From the IMG/VR virus record IMGVR_UViG_3300022719_000283, positions 124,067 through 188,066 of that record: DNA of 64,000 nt. One strand, given 5' to 3'. This document shows, piece by piece, positions 19,801 through 29,500 of this stretch (within the stretch, counting starts at the first letter, position 1; every line of letters starts with the position of its first letter). The notes below the pieces were generated by a model. The model was not told the origin of the DNA. It searched no databases and was given only the letters and a program-made list of their open reading frames with translations. The position numbers and the translations under genes were made by a program. The stretch comes from a virus (lineage: Duplodnaviria > Heunggongvirae > Uroviricota > Caudoviricetes).

Positions 19801-20085
19801 TTCGAGTTTTTCAGCCGCCTGGATATTCCCTGCGTTCAGTTCCTTATGAAACTTGCTGTAGACATCCGTGATGTTGGTCTCGAGAAATTTCTTGATCGCT
19901 GCGCCACTTCGGCCCGACGACATAGCAAGCGTGAGCCCCGACTCAATTCCTCGGGCTGTCTTGTCTTTGACGTCACCTTCCCATTCGGTTGCCGCCTTGT
20001 TTAGAGACTTCCCTATGCTGTCAGCAATTTGGCGACCGCTTTTATTGTTAAGGAGAAGATCAACGGTAATGTGGGGGTTTGCCAT
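16804..20085 (-). CDS. Tail tape measure protein (1093 aa)
   Basis: Long Ala/Gly/Glu/Lys-rich, apparently helical protein with a hydrophobic segment (AIAGIGAALVTIAAVAAAVLALIKLF); canonical position after tube and chaperone genes. Confidence 0.85.
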   Translation of the reverse strand: MANPHITVDLLLNNKSGRQIADSIGKSLNKAATEWEGDVKDKTARGIESGLTLAMSSGRSGAAIKKFLETNITDVYSKFHKELNAGNIQAAEKLERVLDKRTRRFEREVKAQVDAFEAMSKRAARTWAEGADSFTDKVGKLQGAMFAGDPSGYVGVARQLGGRVQEAGRGRLEQAARRRKMAEARAAEIRENGGEGAEAKAQAVEKAGQASAGKMAKMGKAIAGIGAALVTIAAVAAAVLALIKLFMDLNDRIVDMNKSILQTGVATDMGIGGRAWEAAYKFRQTMEDMRGDILDASSELDGFRASSEEMFQTLGTLNEYGRGFEKISKNIEAGTTHLKGYGDAAENAIGYAKLMGTTSQDMARMMSAWSNDFGRDMERVYEGLSAIRQEALASGFSMKRFTSTVAEAVSGMGAYAVRIEEVGATLSQLSNIMGEVGAAELTRSLANAFTELSTGDRLRRILTTGGPQMAEIFGQQAQAEAGSIFRDLGAADRTAGRESMFGSPDELLRKLGQMSEKDRAAFMGEMKAEGYEPELIQRLDNLIDTTKAGQGDLAAQVNAMSTMGTAGTLAALTQSQVFDGMRLHEFVSQGTAQRAGAEKMTGMTGKPFELLLDASRGVAADMAQLRKMQETLEKEGRPMSPEEEALYATKFGAIIDEQGNIVSAVYDAAEGQAKKTGTIIEDEQKLMLSQQERFAKIDEENVTEDIKLARKISQQTEKMANVMEANMLLVLNKIYDALHGFWMDALLAWGKEDPGVQGRIGAINRFFSIQADATKKMQENSKAMRDLEKQIELEQDPQKKIMLEKQLETRAVGQERLADLRDRAAAAESVARGMDTTGMTQAQIQAQIDKQLREEGLGGFGVGGTADVSGAYAKGADILTDTTKGRRRLGATIGMIGGPHGMALGGAVGHMMGTSGADPYVEKAAEQGYEAGAGAVLADIREAAGLGAASKQQRDAVLAAATAAEESGKTFEDVLPELVRLAQKQVEQEAEKDPAVDVMKEIEKNTAAITEEEKNLKTGLLSEGKKAGDFILRPGGRPIITDPNDTLMGFKPGGPIAQAGAGGQTSVNVNIYGGDPKKVYNEVMRVMKTLGHA

Positions 20086-20087
20086 GA

Positions 20088-21332
20088 TTACCTGTCACCC
20101 TCCCCCTCATCGCGGAACGTCGCCGTAGGGCGTCGCTGTTCAATTTGGTCTTGCAGACTCTGAGACCCTTCCTCGGGCCGGAGCATCATGTTCACCATGT
20201 CTGGATCAGTAGGCTGCGATGAAACAATGCGTCCTTGGTCATCTACCTCGAGACTGCCCACCTCGGGGTTCTTGGCGATGTATTTCTCGTACGCGCTGTT
20301 ATGTGTCGCGTCCTGGACAACCTTAGAGGTTCCAGGAACCCGAGCACGAACACGATCAAGGAAATCCTGACCTGCTTTACCGGTGATCGGCACCAAGGCG
20401 CTGCCCCGAACTCCCTCTTCCTCGAGCGCTTGGTCGAGAGCTCGTCGTTGAGCAGCTTGCTTTGCGCGGCGCTCCTCCACCTCGCGTTTGATCCGGGATT
20501 TCGTGCCGTCAACGACACGATCGTGGTCGTCTTTAACACCGAGGACCCAACGGCGCATGACCTCATGCAGTTCATCTTCCGTCTCGGCCATGCGCACGTC
20601 TTGCCAAGGTCCGCGAACTCCTTTGCGACGGTCCTCATCGTTCGTTCGCGAAATCAGACCTTTGGCCTCGTAGTAAATACGATCCATGGTCTGCTTACGA
20701 CGTCGCTCTTCTTCCGAGCGCGACTTCTGGTCTTGTGCTTGGACCTTTTTGACTCCTTTTGGGGCATGAGGACTGGCCATGAACTTGGCCAGAGACCACA
20801 AGTAGTCGTTGTGCTCTCGAAGATCCTCAAACTGATTGAAATACGACCAAATTCGACGAACCGGGTTGGACCCCACCACACGACCATGGAAATTTGTGTC
20901 GGGACGGGCACCGCCCTGAGACTTCCAGATCAAGCGTGATTCGTCCTCATACATGAAGCCCTCGACCACTTGGGTAGCCTCTGACACGCGTGTCATCAAA
21001 GCAGTAACGATCATCTCCATATCGTCCAGCAGAGACTGGGGCATTGACAGGCACATCTCGAAGATTTGATATGCCGAGTCGTCCTCTCCCAGGATGATCT
21101 GGCCATCGACCATCCAGACCGACATGCTGACCAGCCACGACTTCCACTCACGTACGCTGCCACCCCAAGTGCGCGTACGCAGAACAAACCAGTCATCATC
21201 GCTCAGAGAGCGAAGAACGAATCGAGCTCCGTTAATCGACGCGTGGTGAACCAGGAATCCTCGGTCCACGAGCTCCCGGACATCATCGTAGATTCCCCGA
21301 CGTTGCTCCGGAGTGGTGGGAGACAGTTGCAC
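20088..21332 (-). CDS. Tail assembly chaperone-like protein 2
   Basis: Lies between chaperone 1 and tape measure; GTG start in frame with the upstream gene; N-terminal FVLRSLS motif echoes ITLRILR of chaperone 1. Confidence 0.55.
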   Translation of the reverse strand: MQLSPTTPEQRRGIYDDVRELVDRGFLVHHASINGARFVLRSLSDDDWFVLRTRTWGGSVREWKSWLVSMSVWMVDGQIILGEDDSAYQIFEMCLSMPQSLLDDMEMIVTALMTRVSEATQVVEGFMYEDESRLIWKSQGGARPDTNFHGRVVGSNPVRRIWSYFNQFEDLREHNDYLWSLAKFMASPHAPKGVKKVQAQDQKSRSEEERRRKQTMDRIYYEAKGLISRTNDEDRRKGVRGPWQDVRMAETEDELHEVMRRWVLGVKDDHDRVVDGTKSRIKREVEERRAKQAAQRRALDQALEEEGVRGSALVPITGKAGQDFLDRVRARVPGTSKVVQDATHNSAYEKYIAKNPEVGSLEVDDQGRIVSSQPTDPDMVNMMLRPEEGSQSLQDQIEQRRPTATFRDEGEGDR

Positions 21333-21335
21333 CCG

Positions 21336-22769
21336 CTAGGACCCCTTTGGACGAAAGTTAGGATTACGCCCGCCCGCGGTCGGATTCATCTGCACCGGGC
21401 CCGGAGCAGGCTCGCCGTGTTTCCGCTCTTTTTGTGGTCGATCCAGAGTTTGGGTCGGCATCTTGTATACGGGTTTTCCGTGTAGCTCCGCTGGCTTGCC
21501 CGGAGCTTGTGCCTGGGGACGAGCTCGAGTAGGCCGTCCTGGTCGAACCGATCCGGCGTTTGCGTCCTTGACGGCATCCTGAAGATTGGCCGCCTGCCGC
21601 AGTGTGTCCACCGATGGACCCGTCGATCGACCCGAGCCAACATTCTGCCCTGGCTGCGACCCCGAAAGATCCACCGCGTTCGGCCGCTGGTTTTGACGTT
21701 CATCCTCCATGCGCTGCCGGGCCATTTCTTGTTGGGTCGGGATTCCCATTTCACGACGCATCTGGGCTTCCTGCGCCTTCGCACGTTCTCGTGCCATGTG
21801 TTGCTGATGCAGGAGAGCTTGACGACGAGACTCGATCTCCATTGCTTGTCCTGGATCTGAGGGATCGAAAAACGAATCCCCCTCATGAGGAAGCCAGATC
21901 CCTTGCTCATCCATGTACTGTTGTTCCTCTGTTTCTCCTTGCTGAGGCTGCTGAGGGCCTGCTGGAGCGGCTTCTTGAGGGGATCGGTCCCTGGGAGGGG
22001 CACTTGTCGGAACCGCTGAGCGGCGCCCCTGTGGCTGCTGGGGGCTCTGTGGCTGATGTGCTTCCTGGGAGGGTTGCTGGGGGCTCTGTGACTGCGGTGA
22101 GCTCGGGGCATTTTGCGGATCTTGTTCAGACTGCCGGCGTGCTTCGGCGACCTGATCCGCCGCACGATTCGCCGCATCCTGAACCGACTCTCGGTTTTCA
22201 TTTTCCGGAACCGGGCCCCCCGATGGAGCCCCGTCACGTTTACTTTGAGCAGCTCGCAGGTCTTTCAATCGAGACTCCACTCGAGAAATCTCGGCCTCCA
22301 AGTCCACGGGGTCGTATTTCACGACCTTCTGTGCGTGCAAGTCGGCTTGATCGACCAAGTCCCCGTACCGCTGGGACACCTCACTCAGCATGTGCTGTCC
22401 CCACTCGGCAACTTGATCCCGAATCACTTCCCACTTTGGAAGCGAAACAGGGTTTCCGTGCCGGTCGGTCTCGTCGGTCTCGATGAACTGGACCTCGCGC
22501 AAGTCGATGTCGTCGATCTGCACGATGGAAAACCCGAGCGTCGCTTGACGCATCCGATTCATCAGGCTCATGTAGGCAGCCTGATCGGGAGGACCTTTTG
22601 GATCGACGTCCTCGAGCGCAACCTGGGCGTATGCCTGGACGTGTGCTTCCTCCTCCGGACGGAGAATGCGAAGCGTAATTGTGTGATCGTCCACCTCGAA
22701 CGTGAGTTCGTGGTGCCGGACGTTCTCGACTCTGGTGATAGCGGCCTGGAGGGCCTTGAGATTGACCAT
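21336..22769 (-). CDS. Tail assembly chaperone-like protein 1 with Gln/Pro-rich disordered C-terminus
   Basis: First gene after the tube. Start moved to ATG 22769 (MVNLKALQ), which has a GGAG RBS. The C-half is low-complexity (QSPQQP). Confidence 0.6.
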   Translation of the reverse strand: MVNLKALQAAITRVENVRHHELTFEVDDHTITLRILRPEEEAHVQAYAQVALEDVDPKGPPDQAAYMSLMNRMRQATLGFSIVQIDDIDLREVQFIETDETDRHGNPVSLPKWEVIRDQVAEWGQHMLSEVSQRYGDLVDQADLHAQKVVKYDPVDLEAEISRVESRLKDLRAAQSKRDGAPSGGPVPENENRESVQDAANRAADQVAEARRQSEQDPQNAPSSPQSQSPQQPSQEAHQPQSPQQPQGRRSAVPTSAPPRDRSPQEAAPAGPQQPQQGETEEQQYMDEQGIWLPHEGDSFFDPSDPGQAMEIESRRQALLHQQHMARERAKAQEAQMRREMGIPTQQEMARQRMEDERQNQRPNAVDLSGSQPGQNVGSGRSTGPSVDTLRQAANLQDAVKDANAGSVRPGRPTRARPQAQAPGKPAELHGKPVYKMPTQTLDRPQKERKHGEPAPGPVQMNPTAGGRNPNFRPKGS

Positions 22770-22854
22770 GACTGTCTCCACATCGGTGGAGCAAGTCGGT
22801 GGGTCTGGGTCACAGCGCAAACTTGATGTGTGTGTTCAATCCCATCTTCATCTT

Positions 22855-22880
22855 CATTTGACCGTCCCCGAAGGGAGGAA
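22855..22880 (-). promoter_or_regulatory. Conserved 26-nt intergenic element, copy 1 (TTCCTCCCTTCGGGGACGGTCAAATG)
   Basis: 25/26 identical to 34127-34152; contains a TCCC-TTCG-GGGA hairpin. Confidence 0.5.
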
Positions 22881-23005
22881 GGGAGAACAGCTCGAAAGGA
22901 ATCCGTTCATTTCCATCTGGTTCACATTTCGTCTGCGTCATGGACGCGGTCCACCGATTGCTCGGGTTGCACAAAAACCACTCCTCAAAAGCGAGGAGGG
23001 CGCCG

Positions 23006-23038
23006 GGGTAGGGTGAGAAGTTGACCCTCACCCTACCC
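23006..23038 (-). terminator. Hairpin after the tail tube gene (probable terminator or stabiliser)
   Basis: Perfect 12-bp inverted repeat GGGTAGGGTGAG/CTCACCCTACCC, 12 nt after the tube stop. No immediate U-tract; a second short hairpin lies at 22981-22998. Confidence 0.55.
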
Positions 23039-23050
23039 AGAATCCTCCGC

Positions 23051-23842
23051 TTACGCGGTGATGAAGTCAGAAGCCGTGCGCTGCGTGCTGGCGTTGAAAC
23101 GGACCGATCCGACCTGTCCAATGGTCGGGTCATTACCGGTTGCCAGGAACTCGCCGTAATCGGACGAGAAGTCGTGCACATCGCTGATCGTGACGTCGCC
23201 CGTTTCCATGAGCATGCCCGTGTCACGGCTCAGGTTGGTGAGCGACCAAGAGTTAAACCAACACGTCTCGTAGAGCGTGATAATCGCCGTGTGACTGCGA
23301 GCATCACCCGGCTGGTTCTGGGGATCGTTGGTGACAGTCGGATACTGGATGGACTTGACGCCACCGTCGAAAGTACCGCCGCCGCCATTGAAACCGACCC
23401 CCGACTGACCCGTGAGATCGAAGTCCGCGAGCGTGCTGAAAACGAGCTGCTGCTCGATGTCAAAGGGCCACCGGTGATGCCGAAGGCTACGCACCGGTCC
23501 CGAAACACCGCCTGCATAACCCGTGGCCTGCCACAGGTTGGACAGGTAGAGCAGAGCGCGCTCGAACCCAGCCGTCATGGCCTCGGTCACCGAAGGGACG
23601 AGCTCGGCGATCATGTCTCCGAAACCGATCCCACGAAGCGTGTCGATGGTACGTGTCTCGTTCGGCGTGAACGAGCTCAGGACGCCCATCTGGAAGAGAA
23701 GTTGCGCATCCGACCCGTAGGCCGGGGTCAGAAGACGCACCTTCTGCGAAACGGCCGTACGCGTCTGTGGAGACGTCCCGAAATCGTAGATGTAGCTCGA
23801 GCCCTGAACACTGTTGGCGGGCATCATGTCGGTGTTTGGCAT
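23051..23842 (-). CDS. Tail tube protein (263 aa)
   Basis: Beta-rich; ETRTIDTLRGIG...ELVP and ITLYETCWFNSWS...LMETGDVTISDV match contractile tube patterns. ATG 23842 has a GGAGAGGAAGG RBS. Position is between sheath and chaperones. Confidence 0.8.
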   Translation of the reverse strand: MPNTDMMPANSVQGSSYIYDFGTSPQTRTAVSQKVRLLTPAYGSDAQLLFQMGVLSSFTPNETRTIDTLRGIGFGDMIAELVPSVTEAMTAGFERALLYLSNLWQATGYAGGVSGPVRSLRHHRWPFDIEQQLVFSTLADFDLTGQSGVGFNGGGGTFDGGVKSIQYPTVTNDPQNQPGDARSHTAIITLYETCWFNSWSLTNLSRDTGMLMETGDVTISDVHDFSSDYGEFLATGNDPTIGQVGSVRFNASTQRTASDFITA

Positions 23843-23933
23843 TGGCCTTCCTCTCCGTGAGGCGGCTGGACCCACCAGGGAACCAGGACCGCGCAAAATG
23901 GGACAAAATTAGTCCCTCTAATCAAGACGCCGT

Positions 23934-24134
23934 CTATAAGCAAACAAACGAACCAAGCCACGAGCGCACAACACGCCGTGCGCTACGAGCGAGTGGGTTC
24001 CCCTGAGTCAGGCGCCACGCCTCAAGAGCCTTCTGCATCTCTCGGCGTTTTTCAGGATCCCGCTCTGTCCTCACCATCCGAGCGAGCTCGGTTGGGGGCA
24101 CGTTCATGTAGGCGGATTCGTGAAAGCTGTTCAC
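23934..24134 (-). CDS. Small hypothetical protein (66 aa) ending in ARRVVRSWL
   Basis: Fills the gap between the MTase fusion and the tube gene; start uncertain (GTG 24134 or ATG 24107). Confidence 0.5.
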   Translation of the reverse strand: MNSFHESAYMNVPPTELARMVRTERDPEKRREMQKALEAWRLTQGNPLARSARRVVRSWLGSFVCL

Positions 24135-24178
24135 GGTTTACTTGGGAATCCGATAGCGAAAAAAGCGCGCCCAAGATC

Positions 24179-26419
24179 CTATTTTCGGTAAACCACCGCC
24201 CGAGACACTTTTCCGTTAGGAAGCTCGAAGCCCACCTCTTCGACAAACTTCAACTCAAACTGAGGCGCCGATCTTTCCACTTCCGGGTGAAGGTCGTCGG
24301 GGAGCACCACTGCAAAATGGCCCCCCTTCGTCAAAACTTCTGCACTTTTCCTGACTAACGGGACCAGAAATTTGCGAACCCAGTCGGAGCGATTGTCATA
24401 CGAGATGTGGGGCTGGCCTTCCCGATCGGAGTACTGCTCAACGTCGAAGTAAGGAGGTGACGTAAAAACGAATTCAACGGGTGGGATCTCAGCATCCAAC
24501 GCCGACACGAGACGCACGTCTGCCTTGTACCCCAAATCCCGAGCTAGAGCCTTGTTGCCATGAACCGTTTCCGGCTCGATATCGGTACCAATGTATCGAA
24601 CCCCCGCTGCCGCAGCTCCCAACAAGCGCCCACCGTAACCAGAGCAAGGATCCCACACCAAAGCGCCTCGGCGGCAGTACCTCTCACACAAGAACCGAGC
24701 GAACGCTGGCCGAAACACCGCTGGAAGACGATGATGGAAAGTCAAAGCCTTGAGCACACGTTCGGGACTTGTGGGATGCCCCGCAGCCATCTGGGTGAAG
24801 ATCGCCTTTTCCAATTCACGGTCATCTTCCCAACACTCCACGGCCGAAGGATGTCCTTTGCGCCGTGCCGTGTAGATGTTTGGGAAATACCGACGACACA
24901 ACTTGTTCCCCGTGTATGACCGTGGAAGGATGATCCCCTGATCCAGTCGCTGACGTATCCGAGACAGCTTGTGAAGCACCTGTGTGGCTTCTTCTGGAGT
25001 GGGTTTTTGCAGGTACGGGAAAGACCTTGATCGAAGATCCTCAAGCACCTCTTTGGCCTTCTCACGCATCTGTGCCTGCTGCTGCAAATAATCCCCACGT
25101 TGTTCGATCAGCCCTCGAACGTGGTCCTCCGTGAGCGGCTCCGTGTACGGAATCACCACCAAACCCAGGCCGAGCTCTTGAGCCTTTTGGGCTTTGAACC
25201 GATCCATCTCTTGCTGCCGTTCAAACCCTTCAGGGGTTCGGTGCCAGCGTGGAACAAACTGAAAATGCTGAGGACCGTGGTACTCAACGAGCAGGTTGTG
25301 GCGACGAAAATACCCATCGTAATAAACCCGAAAACCTGTCTCCGGGTTTCGAATCTCGTCGTGGGACCACTCCCACTGGTAACGCTCTCCCAGAATCTTG
25401 GAAACAACTTCCAAAGCTTTTCGCTGAGCGGCCAGCCGGTTCCGTGTCGGAATGCCGAGAAGTTTGGCGTAGGTCCGAACGGATTCTTGAGAAACCTTAA
25501 GTCCCTTGGCTGCCGCCAACACCACTAAATCTCCGTTGTCATCCAAGTACGGGGCCAAGTGGGCGTGGTCGAGCCCGAGACGATGATGAGTCTCTCGTAT
25601 TCTTCGATTCCGAAACTCGTAAGTGTCATCCGACCACAAACTGGAGCCGGGATACTTCCGGGCGTACTCCGCCCAGGTCAAGTCGTGGGTTCGGATATGG
25701 CTTGAAAGGGACTTGGCCTCGAAGCCACAGACACGACACCGAACGTATTCGGTGCCTTCCTCCATCCCTTCAAACTTCGTAAGAAGTTTCTGGGCCTTGT
25801 GTTTGGCGTGCTTTTCATCTTCGGCTTGATGTCGAAAATGGCTCGACAACCCTCGCTGACCTTCACAAACCAAACCGCAAACCGGACACTCCATCGGGTT
25901 CCTCTTGATCGAAGCGCACGCGGGACACAGGTAAGTCTTTCGTTTCGCCTTGGAGCCCCGACTCAAAGTGAACTTGGCTTCGCATTTCTCGCACACCGCT
26001 TGTGTCTGCTGAGTCCGACGAGCTTTGCCCGTCTTGGTGATGTTCGAAGCAGTCGCTTTTTTCCGTTGAAGCTCTCGACTTCGTTTGTTGAATCCTTCTT
26101 CACCGTGCTCCTCTTTCCACCATCGACGAACAACGGTGAAATGAACCCCCACCTGGGAAGCTACGGACTTGAGAGACTCCTCCCCGTAAAACAGCTCTTT
26201 GGCTCGAGCTTGTGCTTTTTCCAAGGCGCTCCCCTTGAGCCGGCTCCTATTGCCCGACCGGGCCTTTTTGCCTCGAAGCCGTACCCCGCTCTCCCCGTGC
26301 TCCTTCACCCACCACTCTCGAACCTGAGAACGTGAAACTTGAAGTTGCTTGGCAGCCTCTACGAGACGAACACCCTCCTTGAACATCTTGAGTGCCCGTT
26401 CCCGCACATCGGAAGTCAT
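24179..26419 (-). CDS. HTH/Zn-finger + PD-(D/E)XK (DUF559/Vsr-like) endonuclease fused to an amino-DNA methyltransferase
   Basis: Two HTH-like repeats ending WWxxEHG; CxxC ribbons; C2H2 CPVC...H...H; MucR-like CRVCG..KSLSSHIRTHDLTWAEY; nuclease YYDGYF...LLVEYHGPQHF; MTase motif I VWDPCSGYGGRLLG and motif IV TSPPYF. Confidence 0.8.
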   Translation of the reverse strand: MTSDVRERALKMFKEGVRLVEAAKQLQVSRSQVREWWVKEHGESGVRLRGKKARSGNRSRLKGSALEKAQARAKELFYGEESLKSVASQVGVHFTVVRRWWKEEHGEEGFNKRSRELQRKKATASNITKTGKARRTQQTQAVCEKCEAKFTLSRGSKAKRKTYLCPACASIKRNPMECPVCGLVCEGQRGLSSHFRHQAEDEKHAKHKAQKLLTKFEGMEEGTEYVRCRVCGFEAKSLSSHIRTHDLTWAEYARKYPGSSLWSDDTYEFRNRRIRETHHRLGLDHAHLAPYLDDNGDLVVLAAAKGLKVSQESVRTYAKLLGIPTRNRLAAQRKALEVVSKILGERYQWEWSHDEIRNPETGFRVYYDGYFRRHNLLVEYHGPQHFQFVPRWHRTPEGFERQQEMDRFKAQKAQELGLGLVVIPYTEPLTEDHVRGLIEQRGDYLQQQAQMREKAKEVLEDLRSRSFPYLQKPTPEEATQVLHKLSRIRQRLDQGIILPRSYTGNKLCRRYFPNIYTARRKGHPSAVECWEDDRELEKAIFTQMAAGHPTSPERVLKALTFHHRLPAVFRPAFARFLCERYCRRGALVWDPCSGYGGRLLGAAAAGVRYIGTDIEPETVHGNKALARDLGYKADVRLVSALDAEIPPVEFVFTSPPYFDVEQYSDREGQPHISYDNRSDWVRKFLVPLVRKSAEVLTKGGHFAVVLPDDLHPEVERSAPQFELKFVEEVGFELPNGKVSRAVVYRK

Positions 26420-26461
26420 CCCGCAGAGACTACTTCGGCAGGAACAGCCAGTCAACCTACC

Positions 26462-26506
26462 AAAATAAAGTAAAGGAGGTGCCCGCCAAAACGGGCACCT
26501 CCTTTA
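26462..26506 (-). terminator. Rho-independent terminator after the sheath gene
   Basis: Perfect 15-bp stem TAAAGGAGGTGCCCG/CGGGCACCTCCTTTA (26471-26506) followed by CTTTATTTT on the minus strand. Confidence 0.8.
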
Positions 26507-26524
26507 GATGTCCTCTGCTGGGAG

Positions 26525-29500
26525 TTACGTGCCCAAATTCGAGCGCACGTTGAAGGTGATGACGACGTAGAGAAGCGGGAAAACCGGCTGATAGAACGCC
26601 TCCACCTCGACGATCGTCGGATCGTTGGTGGTACGTGCCTGGACTCCCGTGAACGCGGTGATGATCTCCGCGTTCTTGAGCGCCTTCAACGTGGTCGTGA
26701 GCTGACCTTCGATCTGGCTCAGAACACCAGGCAAGAACTTGATGCCGATGAAGCGATCGAGGTCCCGACGTGCCGACCGTTGCACCTCGTCCGCGATGGT
26801 GATCACGGTCGGGAGCTTGGTCAGGATGTTCGTTACGTCCGTGGTCAGGCCCTGACGGACCCGGATCACGGTGCCACGCTGATCCATGATGGTGACACCC
26901 TGGACTGCGATCTGGTTCTGCTCCACCGCATCGAGCGTTCGAGCAAGCTGATCGAACCCAACGATGCGTGCCCGCGTCCACGGGGTAGCCACGTCGATAT
27001 TCGGGCTGGCCCGGTTACCCGCCATGGCCGAAGCCAAGAAGGTGCCGTCCACCAGGAACTGCTTGTCGTTGCCGAGAGCATCCTGGATGGTCAGCGTCAC
27101 GATATCCGGGTACACCATGCGGATACGGGTGTTCTGGATCTGTTGGGCGATCCCACCCACATCCGTCGGCTGAGTCCCAGAGGCGACACCGATGAGACCC
27201 GTCCGCTCCGAACGGAATCGGATACTGGACTGAATGTCGCAGTGGTTCGAGAGCGACAGGAACAGGTCCACGTCATCACCCTTGAGCGGCGTGATGGTAT
27301 CCAGGATCGAACCGCCCGGAAGCGGTCCGCGCAACTCATTGAGCGCGTCGATGTAGTTCGGCGTGCTGGCTTGGTTGCTACCAGGGATCTTCGGCACCTG
27401 CTTGACGCCGAGGACAACTGCACCGTTCAGGAACGAGAGGAAAGCAGCCATCGACACCGGGTTGTCCGGGTTGATCTCGCCGTAGTTGCGCTCCACCGCC
27501 CGTTGGTTGGTGTAGAGCATCGTCTCGAAATCGGCCGCCGTCTTCGTGTAGTTGTAGGTGATGTAGTAGCTATCACCCACCGCCGGTTCCTGACCTCCAC
27601 GATCGAAGGTCTCCACGATAGCCGTGTCTCCCGTCGGAATGGTCGATCCTTCGGTGTTGGCCACTCTGAGCTCGAGACCCGGGATGGAATTCACAGGCAC
27701 ATTGGCATCCGTAGTCACGAGCTTGCGCACCTGGAAGGTGAAGAACGCTCCAGCTCCGATCGGATAGTCTGCCCCGCCTTCACGCGGAAGGATGGTGAAG
27801 ACCAATCCTGTGACCTCATCGCGGTAGGTCTGACCGATCACACCGTCCTGGCCCACGCCATTGTTGAGACAGGAGGTGTTGGCCGTACCCGATCCGTCGA
27901 TGGGATCCGAGCTCGTGACATAGAACCCCTGGAAACCGGTCTCGCCGGATGCTCCATCCCCGCTTTGGACTTGGAGGCCCGTTCCAGTACGAAGCCACGA
28001 ATCGGTGGCCGCATCCAAGAACGTGATGTTCGAGGAGGCTCCCAGACCCACGATGTTGTTGGCCTGCGATTCGATGAACAGGAATTCCGCGTTGGTGGAG
28101 CTCACTTCCTTGGCGGCCAGAGCCTGGTCCGCGAAGAAAGAGGAGTCCGGGGACTGGTAATCCAACAGAACACCGTTGATGCTCGAGCTGTGGTGCATCA
28201 TCAAGGACGATGCGACCTTTTCGGGCTGGACGCTGGTGCGCGTCGAAGTCGCTCCCTCAGAGAATCCCAAGGAATCGTTGGCATTACCGTTGTCGATGGT
28301 GACCGCCGAGTTGATGTTGCTCAGGGCCGACACCAAACGGATGCCCGCACCTTCAGGCACAACCTGATCGGCAGCCAAACCGGCGCCGACGGCCGCAGAC
28401 CGAATCTGCTCGAGAATCGTGTTGGGCACCGTGACAGGACCCAGCGGAACCGTGGCCTGGCCAGCAGACGGGATCGCGACCCCGGACGCATCCGTGAACA
28501 CGACGGTGACCGGGGTCCCGTCAATGTTGAACTTGAATACGTTGTTCTGCGGATTCACACCATTCGGCCCAAAGAACACGACCTGGGGCTGACCATCACG
28601 GTCATCCGTGAAGGTGCCAGAGGGCACCTGCCCGTCGGCGAATCCAACCTCTCCGAAGAGCGAAGCCGGTTGAATGACCGCACCCACTCCAGCTTCACCG
28701 AAGAAGCCGGAGGGAAGACCGGTCTCATCGGACGCGTTCGTACCCTGGATGACCAGGTTGGTTTGGGCCACCTGGCTCTCGGGACGAAGCGAACCGGATC
28801 CCGGCGTGATGCGGTTACGCATGATGAGACGGTCGTAGATCAGCCGGCCACTGGTGCCCGCCACCGAGAACCGGCGCACCACATCGCCATCGATGATCTT
28901 GGTCTGCTCCTGGCTGGGAAGCGCATCGGTGCTGATACCCGCCAAGACCGCGAAGTCCTCGCCAAAGGAGGCTGCGTCGAGGAACTCGAACACACCACCC
29001 CCGAGCCCTGAGCCGCCCGTAAGCGTGGCCGCAGACACGGGTAGACGAAGGGCATCGCTGGAAGACAGCGTGATGAAGTTGCCCTGTGGCCCGGGGTCCG
29101 CCGCAGTGATGTCGACCGTGGAAGAGGTCCCTGAGCTGTTGTCGGCCGTCACGATGGTGTCCAGACCATTGAGCGGATCCGTGATGGCCGTGACGATGGT
29201 AGTAGCCACCCCAACATCGGTGAGTCCTCCTCCAAACACGGCTCCCGAAACAGGAAGTCGCACAGGATCCGAGCTCGCCAAGGTGATGCCGTTTCCAGCT
29301 ACACCGGGCACGTCGGCCCAGACCGTAACGGTCGAAGAGGTGCCGCTATCGTTGTCGGCGGAGACGTCAGCCGCAAGGCCGTTGCCCAAGTCGTTGATGG
29401 CCGCTGCCAAGGAGCTCGCCACCGTCAGATCGGTGCCCACACCACCCTGAAGGGTGAGGTTGGACATGATCAGGCGGCTCGCACTCGAGCTCGTCGTGTC

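Noticed and set aside
22810-23226. 138-aa ORF, or its 43-aa tail from ATG 22941, between tube and chaperone
   Set aside because: Overlaps the tube gene and crosses the hairpins; the region is better explained as a structured non-coding leader.
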